Positions 56,845 to 64,000 of a DNA stretch of 64,000 bases are shown one piece after another. Under the pieces are notes generated by a model. It was given only the letters and a program-made list of their open reading frames with translations, was not told where the DNA came from and did no database searches. A program made the position numbers and the translations under genes. This stretch comes from Pseudomonadota bacterium (GTDB lineage: Bacteria; Bdellovibrionota_C; UBA2361; OMIW01), in NCBI GenBank assembly GCA_900299205.1, contig OMIW01000062.1, positions 8,770 to 72,769 of the forward strand, given 5' to 3'. The number at the start of each line of letters is the position of its first letter. Position 1 is the stretch's first letter.

Positions 56845-56885
56845 ACAGGCTCTTTTGATGCGAGCCGCGCACAGAAAATCAAACA

Positions 56886-56958
<73 letters not shown>

Positions 56959-57161
56959 GCAGGAAGGAGTATCGCGGATTTCAACCAAGAAGTAAATGGT
57001 GCGGCACTCACGGCCAGCTTAGAGATCAAATTCAAAGTGGCGCGGGGGTTTTAATCTATTCATTCAACTTGACGATTCAAGTAAGCGCCTTGAGGAAGTT
57101 TTGAGTGGCCCTTGCAGACTCTTTACAAGACACGAAGAACCCTTTACCCTCCTTACGTCTT

Positions 57162-57237
57162 GCTGGCATAGCTCAATTGGTAGAGCAGCTGATTTGTAAT
57201 CAGCAGGTTACGGGTTCAATTCCTGTTGCCAGCTCCA
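57162..57237 (+). tRNA. tRNA-Thr (anticodon TGT), CCA encoded
   Basis: GCTGGCATAGCTCAATTGGTAGAGCAGCTGATTTGTAATCAGCAGGTTACGGGTTCAATTCCTGTTGCCAGCTCCA. Confidence 0.88.
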
Positions 57238-57286
57238 GAAATTCAGAGGTTTTTATATTCCTGCAATCGATTCGGCACCTGCCTCT

Positions 57287-57340
57287 TCAGAGTCACCATC
57301 TAAGTCAGAGTCACCATCTAAGTCAGAGTCACCATCTAAG
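57287..57340. repeat. perfect 3 x 18-nt tandem repeat (tcagagtcaccatctaag) 50 nt downstream of tRNA-Thr(TGT)
   Basis: Read directly; the three units are identical. This repeat generates the artefactual 'SHHLSQSHHLSQSHHL' in track ORF 57105..57716, which overlaps the tRNA. Confidence 0.9.
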
Positions 57341-57968
57341 GGGCCGACCAATTCTGTTCGGAAGGATTGTAGATTGGCATGCAAGAAAGGACGGTCAGTC
57401 AGCGATTGGAGGAAGGCAACGCTTTCGGTTCGTTGCTTACCGTTACATTTCTTACCGTTGTATTGCTAATATCAAAAGCTACTATTTAAAAACCCACATA
57501 AGAAAAACCTACACAAGAAAAAGGCGCCTTCAGGACCGCAGCTCGAAGCGTGCTCCCCAACTCCCTTCTCAATATAGAGAAGCCTCCTCCCCACCAGTCT
57601 CACCATGCTCCCAGCTTGATATTCGACACTACTTCCCTTCTCATCTTAATTCGTCTGAGATCCCTCCCCTCTCGGAGCTGCCGTTTTCCGTTAGCTTGGC
57701 AAGCTCGTTCGAGTAGCGACCTTTTGAGAACTTGGCACCCGCCACCTGCCGAACTGGTGACAGAGCGGGTACCGATGAGAAATAAAGAGTCTTCCAAATC
57801 AAGAGAGAACTGAGCGATGGAAGGGGAAGGAGGAGAGTCGTCAATCACACCAGGGACAGAACCCTTGTGCTACAGCTCTCCTTCTCAGCGCCCGCCAGAT
57901 GCGACGAACCGCCTCTAAAAGAGAACGGGCACGTCCTCGCTGACTAGAGTAATTCCTAAGAATTCCAC

Positions 57969-57986
57969 TGGATCACCTCCTTTAGA
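57969..57986 (+). other. exact copy of the 16S rRNA 3' terminus (CTGGATCACCTCCTTT, anti-Shine-Dalgarno) in a non-coding region; the minus strand reads as a perfect extended SD (AAAGGAGGTGATCCAG)
   Basis: Read directly. The match to the universally conserved 16S 3' end is 16 nt long. Upstream flanking sequence does not resemble 16S, so this is not an rRNA gene fragment of appreciable length. Confidence 0.5.
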
Positions 57987-58355
57987 AGAAGGTCCCGCCT
58001 CTAGCACAGGGGGGCTACCTTAGCTGTGTTTACTGTGTCAACCACGGAGCTGGAACATCGGAGGCAATCGGTGAGAAAACTGTCCGATTCGCTGCACCTC
58101 CTGTCCACCACCGAGGGGCTTCCTCTATCATTATGATGACACAGCGGGATAAATGTTTCCAGAACAAAAAAATAAGGCTCCCTTTCGCATTCGGAGTGTA
58201 CTCTCCTCGCTGGGAACCTTACACATGGGCTGCAACTCGCAAATGCACACCGAGGATAATCGATACCTCAGTCCTCCATGATTCGAAAATCAGCATATCC
58301 ACTTTTGGCTGGAGCTCAGTGCAAACGACTCGTTCAACGAGGACCCAAACAAGAC

Positions 58356-58799
58356 CTAGTTCATCGTGAATCCGCTAGTTACCGATCCTCGCATCATTGT
58401 CGCGTCCCGAACCAACGCTTCTGCCGCTCGTTCGATATAACGACATCGAACTTCACCGAGCCCCTCTGCTCCACAATCTTCGACGACCAGCGATAGAGCC
58501 TTTACGAGAGCCTGCGCGAGCACTATAAGCGAATCAAGCTGAATATCCTCACCAAAAATTGATAGAAGATAGGCTGAAACCCGCTCTACACGAGATTCAA
58601 ATGGCTCCCATTTAAGCACCCCTTGCAACTCTCGTTCGGCTGGAGAGCGCTGCATCTCGCGGGCGATTTGGTTATCGATGGCCTGCAGGGCCTGCCTCAG
58701 CCCAACTTCGAGGGGCTCACTTTCGATTCTCTGTTTGGTCATAATCGGCAACCCTTCGTGAAAAAACTTTGGTAAAACTCGCCTTTCGGTTCGAAACAA
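58356..58799 (-). CDS. hypothetical protein (predicted all-alpha)
   Basis: 147-aa ORF. No family recognised. Confidence 0.35.
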   Translation of the reverse strand: MFRTERRVLPKFFHEGLPIMTKQRIESEPLEVGLRQALQAIDNQIAREMQRSPAERELQGVLKWEPFESRVERVSAYLLSIFGEDIQLDSLIVLAQALVKALSLVVEDCGAEGLGEVRCRYIERAAEALVRDATMMRGSVTSGFTMN

Positions 58800-58966
58800 C
58801 CCTCTCCTCCGTAGGATACTCCCGTTAAGGTTCCAATGAAAGGAGATAGCGAAGGCAGGTAGGTATGTATTTGCAATTCCCTAGAATCACTGATTCAGTC
58901 ATGATAGACGGAGAGACGCTATTCGTCTTACCATCCCATCGAGAGCTCAAATAAAAAAGGGGGCGG

Positions 58967-59395
58967 ATGATTCGCCGTTCAAAACCACTCTCAATTCGGC
59001 TTACCCCTTATTTCGCCGGTATCGGTGCAAGCTCCTTCGTTTTTATGGCATCGGAGGGCATTACGATGCCTCCTCTCGATACCGCGCAGGAAAGGACAAC
59101 GGTCGTTGAATCTTCCGCCAGCGATCCTTCAGAGACAGAGGCGCGCGCGGGCTGCCTGCGGCGAGGTGGTCTCTGGATGAATGATCATCCAGCCGGTTTT
59201 CTAAAACGCTCCGGATGCAATGAGCCGACCACTGATGGGGGGAAGCCATGTGCAGATTCATCGGAATGTGAAAGCGCTTGTGTTGGTGATGAACGTATCC
59301 CCTCGGGAGGAAAATGCCACGGCTATCGATCTTTTTTTGGTTGCGGCAAACGGGTGAAGAGGGGTGATTCTGTCGCTATTCTGTGTATCGATTAG
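58967..59395 (+). CDS. small secreted cysteine-rich protein (hypothetical)
   Basis: 142 aa. N-terminal hydrophobic segment 'LTPYFAGIGASSFVFMASEG'. Eight Cys residues lie in the C-terminal ~80 aa (CLRRGG...GCNEP...KPCADSSECESACVGD...GKCHGY...GCGKR...ILCID). Confidence 0.4.
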   Translation: MIRRSKPLSIRLTPYFAGIGASSFVFMASEGITMPPLDTAQERTTVVESSASDPSETEARAGCLRRGGLWMNDHPAGFLKRSGCNEPTTDGGKPCADSSECESACVGDERIPSGGKCHGYRSFFGCGKRVKRGDSVAILCID

Positions 59396-59454
59396 AAAGC
59401 CCGTCGGAGAAAAAATGGCTTAGATCTGAAGAAAATCAGGGAAACGGCTCTGAA

Positions 59455-60693
59455 TCAATCCAGTCCGGTGCCCAATTCGAGCCACCTCCGCTCGCTCGGC
59501 ATCGCCTGAGGCCCTGCAGACATTCCGATTGAAACGGTACTTCTCGACTGAAATAGAAATCGTATCTTCCCATCTGCAGCAGCTGCCCCCTTGGGAGGAT
59601 TCGGGTCACTCACTGAGCGACGAACCGCCGCTTCGACCAATCGATCGAATTGGATACTACCCGATGGTTGCTGAATGCTTGCAGTGACGAACGCCCCGTC
59701 GAGGGATAACTCGGCTACGACTATCACCGGTTGCCCGATTGCCCGTATATGAGCCGCCGCGAGAGATTGCCATCCCATCTCGCGTAACGAGGTAAAGACT
59801 CGATAGGCAACTCGTCGAACAAAGACCGCATACCTGTCGGCTTTCGTATTGAGAAGCGTAACTGTCCCGTCCCGTATACCCGTTATCGCGTCGGCCGAGC
59901 CCGCGCCTCCGAGCGATCCACCAATCGCAGACCCGAGCGCAGCATCGAGCCGAGCATTCGACTGAGCTTCTGCGGAGGGTGGCTCCTTTTCAAGATTCCG
60001 AAGCACCGACGAATTCGCTGCGTTCGACGCATTTCTCCCCGAATTATTGGTGCCCAGCTTTGAGAGAACCGCCCTAGGATCCAGACGCAAACTATCTGCA
60101 CTAAAGGCCGTGACTTTTCGTATTCTCTCAACTGGGCCTGATGCCCCTCCCTTGGCTGAGATTTTCCCTTTGGTCCCATCCCGACGATCTGTCGCATCTT
60201 TGGCCTGAGCATCTTCCCGCTTATGAGAAACAACCTCACGTTTGACGGCTCGAGATGGGCCATTTGCGGCCACCCTATCAGCTTTTGAAACTCGGGCCGT
60301 GTGCACCACGGGGGACGCTCCGCGTCCCGAATCATTCGCAACCCCCCGCGCGAGCTGTTCTTTATCGGTGCGATGATCCCGCTCGGCAAATCGGTGTGTT
60401 TGCGGGGGCGGTTCGCTCATCTGCGAGGCGGGCTCCGCGACGATCTGACGAGGGTTCGGACGGCTCGGGGCTTCTATCCTCTGCGGCTCTTCAAACGACA
60501 CCAAGAGAGCCGACGGCTCATCCCCTTTTTGCCAATCATAACCGCCAAAACCGAATGCTATCGCAACGATAAGGTGTACCACCAAAGAACCAGCGACCGC
60601 CCAACTCAAGACACGCCGTTCTTCCCGAGAATGAGAGAAAAAAAGGGCTGCCTCGTAGGGAGAAAAAGCCGTGATTGGCGGCACAGAACTCAT
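59455..60693 (-). CDS. membrane-anchored protein with N-terminal TM helix, long Pro/Gly/Ser-rich linker and C-terminal globular domain (TonB-like organisation)
   Basis: 412 aa. 'LSWAVAGSLVVHLIVAIAFGFGG' is the TM helix. A Pro/charged-rich spacer follows. The C-terminal ~120 aa show the pattern 'YAVFVRRVAYRVFTSL...IVVAELSLDGAFVTASIQQPSGSIQFDRLVEAAVRR'. Family assignment is tentative. Confidence 0.35.
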   Translation of the reverse strand: MSSVPPITAFSPYEAALFFSHSREERRVLSWAVAGSLVVHLIVAIAFGFGGYDWQKGDEPSALLVSFEEPQRIEAPSRPNPRQIVAEPASQMSEPPPQTHRFAERDHRTDKEQLARGVANDSGRGASPVVHTARVSKADRVAANGPSRAVKREVVSHKREDAQAKDATDRRDGTKGKISAKGGASGPVERIRKVTAFSADSLRLDPRAVLSKLGTNNSGRNASNAANSSVLRNLEKEPPSAEAQSNARLDAALGSAIGGSLGGAGSADAITGIRDGTVTLLNTKADRYAVFVRRVAYRVFTSLREMGWQSLAAAHIRAIGQPVIVVAELSLDGAFVTASIQQPSGSIQFDRLVEAAVRRSVSDPNPPKGAAAADGKIRFLFQSRSTVSIGMSAGPQAMPSERRWLELGTGLD

Positions 60694-60896
60694 ATTGTCT
60701 CCGGTCTAGGAAGCACCCTCTCCGATAGGCTTCTCCATCTCTTGGCATCCTAGCACACGAACCATTGATGGCGCACACCTCCATCGAATCGAAATAACCG
60801 CACCCTTTATTCTCGGTACCGACGGCCCCATTTTCTTGTCATATCAATTAAAAAGCTCCACAATGAAGTACGGCATCAATGCGTGGAGGAATCGTC

Positions 60897-61136
60897 ATGT
60901 TTAATCTTGGGGGTCTAGAATTAGGCGTTATCGCAATGCTCGTGGTGCTGCTCTTTGGGGTGAAGCGGATTCCAGAGCTCGGCTCAGGACTCGGCCTCGG
61001 TATCAGCAACTTCCGTAAAGCATATCGCGATGGTATGGCTATTGACGTGACTGCAGAGAGTTCGACCTCTGGAGGAAAGCAATCAGAGACGATGGGCAAC
61101 ACAGAGGCCCCAAAACAGGCGAAGAAAGAGGTCTAG
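60897..61136 (+). CDS. tatA: Sec-independent protein translocase TatA/E
   Basis: '[42 protein letters not shown]' is the canonical TatA TM plus amphipathic helix. Confidence 0.85.
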   Translation: MFNLGGLELGVIAMLVVLLFGVKRIPELGSGLGLGISNFRKAYRDGMAIDVTAESSTSGGKQSETMGNTEAPKQAKKEV

Positions 61137-61153
61137 AGCGTCCCCGGGCCCAC

Positions 61154-62455
61154 CTAACGACTGGGCCCTGAAGAACCCTTTGACACCGCATACACACGCG
61201 CTGAAAAGAATGCGGGGTTTCCGTTCGCTGACGAACGATCTTTCTGATTGGATAGAATGTTTGAGTCGAGGGGCAAAAGCACCCGGAAATTACTACTACC
61301 CCCTGCCACAATCGGCGCCTTGCCCTTGAGCGATACCTCCTGCATCTCAAGATTTTTTTTCGCCGAAAAACTTACGAAGCGAGCACTTGAAAAAAGAGAC
61401 CCAGCCAGTGCGACCCCCTTTTGTAGAGGGAATCCCCGATCATCAAAGGTAAGGGCCTGCACCTGAATCTGCGACAATGTAGTGGACGCGGTCCCGTTTT
61501 TGACTCGCCCCTCAACAACATAAAGAGATTCGCCACTCTCGAGATCCACTTTTCGAAAGGTCACTTCCTCAACCCGAACCTCCGGAGGAGGCATCTTAAG
61601 AGGGGAAGCAAAGATAGGTGCCAACAAGCCACCTTGCTCTCCCTTCCCGATCCTCTGTGGAGTCCGAACCACCGCAGCCGTCAACCCAACGAGTATCAGT
61701 TGGACTATGACCACGGGAGCAGCAGCTATCAAGGTCGCCCGAGCAGCGAAACGCCGGGTCGAACTCCGGCTGGAAGAGATGGTCGTTCCTGTCGCTTCCA
61801 CCAATTCTGACCGCTCAGAAAAGTCCGCCGACCTCGGAGGCGACCGATCCTCGCAGGAGGCGGATTCCGATGGCGATGGAGGAATGTCTTCCCGCTGGGG
61901 ATTGTCTCGGTTACTCGCCGAATCTGCCCATACATCCCGAGGCTTCTCCGCTGATCGACCACCGTCAGGGATGCGTTCAGCTGAGGATTCTCTCACCGAA
62001 TGGGGAGGCACCATGATCGTTGCCTCTGACACGGAGTGCGGTGTATGCGGAAACGATGGCTGAGAAGAGTCGAATAAAGGGTCACGGCCATCGCTTTGTC
62101 CACCAAGCAGCTCTGGCTCGGGACGTATCATTGATGTACGAGCGGCTAAGAGGGGGGAGTTTGAAAGTTCGAGAGAAGACGCCCCTGCGGGTGGCCCCGC
62201 GTACCCCTCTCGTGAGTCTCTACCTCGACTATCGGCGACTCCACCCCGCTCAGCTCGTCGCCCCCCCGCACCCCGAGCTCGATCGACAGCGGTCATGATT
62301 GAGGCGAGAGACTGGGAGAAGGTCGTATCACACTTCGAACAGTGAAACCGGGGACGGGCGACCTGTCCAAGGACCTGTGAATCTACCCCGAACCTCGTCT
62401 TACACGAGGGGCACTGTATCGCCACGATTGCGCCACTGGTCCGCCCTTCACTCAT
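61154..62455 (-). CDS. zinc-ribbon (MJ0042-type CxxC...CxxC) membrane protein with long disordered linker, one TM helix and C-terminal DUF3426-like domain
   Basis: 433 aa. 'IQCPSCKTRFGV...FHCSKCDTTF' is the zinc ribbon. ~180 aa of low-complexity Ser/Arg/Asp/Pro-rich sequence follow. TM helix 'LIAAAPVVIVQLILVGLTAAVV'. The C-terminal ~170 aa form a globular domain. Confidence 0.45.
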   Translation of the reverse strand: MSEGRTSGAIVAIQCPSCKTRFGVDSQVLGQVARPRFHCSKCDTTFSQSLASIMTAVDRARGAGGRRAERGGVADSRGRDSREGYAGPPAGASSLELSNSPLLAARTSMIRPEPELLGGQSDGRDPLFDSSQPSFPHTPHSVSEATIMVPPHSVRESSAERIPDGGRSAEKPRDVWADSASNRDNPQREDIPPSPSESASCEDRSPPRSADFSERSELVEATGTTISSSRSSTRRFAARATLIAAAPVVIVQLILVGLTAAVVRTPQRIGKGEQGGLLAPIFASPLKMPPPEVRVEEVTFRKVDLESGESLYVVEGRVKNGTASTTLSQIQVQALTFDDRGFPLQKGVALAGSLFSSARFVSFSAKKNLEMQEVSLKGKAPIVAGGSSNFRVLLPLDSNILSNQKDRSSANGNPAFFSARVYAVSKGSSGPSR

Positions 62456-62704
62456 TCCATTTTCTCCTCAAATAACCCTCCTTCATTACCACAAAATCAA
62501 GCCCCACAACACATATGCGGAGTATAAAATTGTTCTCCCGCGAACCCTCTCATCCTTCGACAACTAACGGGGCTTCCCAATGTACCTGCCGATTATTGAT
62601 GCTTACTGAGATTGGGAGACTTTGGCGGCACCACCAAGCTCCCCCCTTATTTTGACGGAGACACCCTCCTCGAGGTAGCCTTTGGTATTACCTTTGGAGT
62701 TTTC

Positions 62705-63652
62705 ATGTCGCCAAAAAAAACGTCTCAACGCTCTGTGCGGTCAGGAGCAATCCCCAAACCGATCTCCCAGCAGTCAACGAAAGATAGTCGTTCGAGGGGC
62801 AATCATCGAACTCCAAACCGGAGCCCATCTCCGCTCAGGGCCCAAGCGCCGTTTGACCGTCAAAACCGAGGCCCGCATTCCTCTGTAAAGCGGGCAGGCC
62901 GCGCAGGTAGTGGCCCCGTTGGATATTGGGTCATGGGTCGCAATGCGGTGGCTGAACTGATTCGCGTCGCCCCTGAACGGGTGCTCGAGGTGTGGTGTAC
63001 CCCTGAAAGTGCCTCTCTTCTCTCCGGCCTTTCGCGTCAGGTACCCATCCATGCTGACACCGAGCGCGGTCGACTTACCGCACTCGTAAACTCCGATAGT
63101 CATCAGGGCATCGTGGTTCGTGCAACACCCCGAACCCTCCTTGGCCTCGCCGAGATTCTCGCGGCCATGCCGCCGGATTCCCCCGCTCTTCTTGTCTTGC
63201 CCGATGCGATAAACGATCCCCAGAATCTTGGGGCGATTCTTCGCGCCGCTGAATGCTTCGGCGCTGATGGTGTCATTCTCAATCGCAACCGGGGATGCCC
63301 GGTAACCCCCGTTGTCACAAAATCGGGGGTAGGTGCAACAGAGTTGATACCGCTCATCGAGGTCTCGAACGCAGATCACGCGCTTCGCCTTTGTCAGCAG
63401 CACCATTTTTGGGTCGTGGCTGCCTCTCGCGGGCATAACGCTCAACCCCTTGAGCACTTTACTTTTCCTTCGAGGACTCTTCTCATCGTGGGCTCTGAGG
63501 GTGATGGGATCCAACCCCTTTTAGTGAAGCGTGCCGATCACCTCGTCTCCATCACACAGTATGGAGCGATAGACTCGTTGAATGTCTCCCAAGCTACTGC
63601 CGTGTTGTGCCACGAATATCGGCGACACCATGTAACACGCGCACGGTCGTGA
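62705..63652 (+). CDS. rlmB: 23S rRNA (guanosine-2'-O)-methyltransferase RlmB-like (SpoU/TrmH family) with basic N-terminal extension
   Basis: 'GRNAVAELIRVAPERVLEVWCT' is the substrate-binding domain. 'LVLPDAINDPQNLGAILRAAECFGADGVIL' and 'LLIVGSEGDGIQPLL...SLNVSQATAVLCHEY' are the SpoU motifs. The track ORF starts at 62612; the start is uncertain. Confidence 0.8.
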   Translation: MSPKKTSQRSVRSGAIPKPISQQSTKDSRSRGNHRTPNRSPSPLRAQAPFDRQNRGPHSSVKRAGRAGSGPVGYWVMGRNAVAELIRVAPERVLEVWCTPESASLLSGLSRQVPIHADTERGRLTALVNSDSHQGIVVRATPRTLLGLAEILAAMPPDSPALLVLPDAINDPQNLGAILRAAECFGADGVILNRNRGCPVTPVVTKSGVGATELIPLIEVSNADHALRLCQQHHFWVVAASRGHNAQPLEHFTFPSRTLLIVGSEGDGIQPLLVKRADHLVSITQYGAIDSLNVSQATAVLCHEYRRHHVTRARS

Positions 63653-64000
63653 ATGGCCAACGGAGGGGTTGTCCGAGCGCGAATCAGGTCGGATCGAGAC
63701 CTCGTTGAAACCCTATATTCATGAGGTCAGTCTCCCCGTAGACAACCTCACCCCTTTCGAGTAACCTCGTTTCATGCGGTCTACTGTAATGGAGTATTCG
63801 CAACTCGCTCGCCGGCGAATACATCCATTCGCCCCTCCCTCCTCGGTGAAAAGCCAGCATGAATGACCTTTCGCTCGTTGATATCCCCGAGAACCGCTAC
63901 GACCTCTCGGAGAACGGTACGGGCGCCCCCGCGCTTTCGCACGACCCTCATAAGCCTCCCACGATCGCGCGCGTCGATGACGATGCGCCTCACTACCTCT

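Noticed and set aside
57105-57716. 203-aa plus-strand ORF with 'SHHLSQSHHLSQSHHL' repeat
   Set aside because: It overlaps tRNA-Thr(TGT) completely. Its repetitive peptide is simply the translation of the 3x18-nt DNA tandem repeat, and it shows no similarity or coding signal.
57961-57990. Possibility that the 16S 3'-end match marks a 16S rRNA gene fragment
   Set aside because: Only the terminal 16 nt match. The upstream sequence lacks the conserved helix-45/GGAAGGUGCGG context and no other rRNA-like segments flank it.
63781-63993. 70-aa minus-strand ORF at the window's 3' edge
   Set aside because: It is an Arg-rich, low-complexity translation that runs to within 7 nt of the window edge. There is no recognisable similarity and no upstream context, so the evidence is insufficient to call it.

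Overview
This 64-kb window comes from a high-GC bacterium that looks diderm (Gram-negative): it carries LptE-like, TonB-like, TatA and MinCDE genes. The core is a ~34-kb collinear minus-strand block joining the rif region to the str, S10, spc and alpha ribosomal operons: secE, nusG, rplKAJL, rpoB, rpoC, rpsL, rpsG, fusA, tuf, rpsJ, rplCDWB, rpsS, rplV, rpsC, rplP, rpmC, rpsQ, rplNXE, rpsH, rplFR, rpsE, rpmD, rplO, secY, adk, rpmJ, rpsMKD, rpoA, rplQ. rpmJ is shorter than 60 aa and was therefore absent from the ORF track. The upstream 20 kb carries housekeeping genes (ispG, uvrB, minCDE, pgpA, pyrF, dcd, rpsT), two tRNA-Leu genes, and several unusual proteins: an SF1/UvrD-like helicase fused to ankyrin repeats (5'-truncated by the window), a membrane-anchored kinase-like protein with a helical-repeat C-terminus, and a 921-aa protease with tandem trypsin-like domains and PDZ segments. 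The most accessory-looking part of the window lies at 54.1-60.7 kb. A HerA/DUF87-family ATPase gene is wedged between tRNA genes (Thr, Trp | herA-like | Gly, Tyr) directly upstream of secE-nusG. A fifth tRNA (Thr-TGT) on the plus strand is followed by a perfect 3x18-nt tandem repeat and a 1.1-kb repeat-rich region without convincing ORFs that contains a perfect 16-nt copy of the 16S rRNA 3' terminus. Small hypothetical proteins follow, including a Cys-rich secreted protein. fusA is split by an apparent +1 frameshift. Neither S14 (between rplE and rpsH) nor infA (between adk and rpmJ) is present. No CRISPR array, transposase or integrase was seen.
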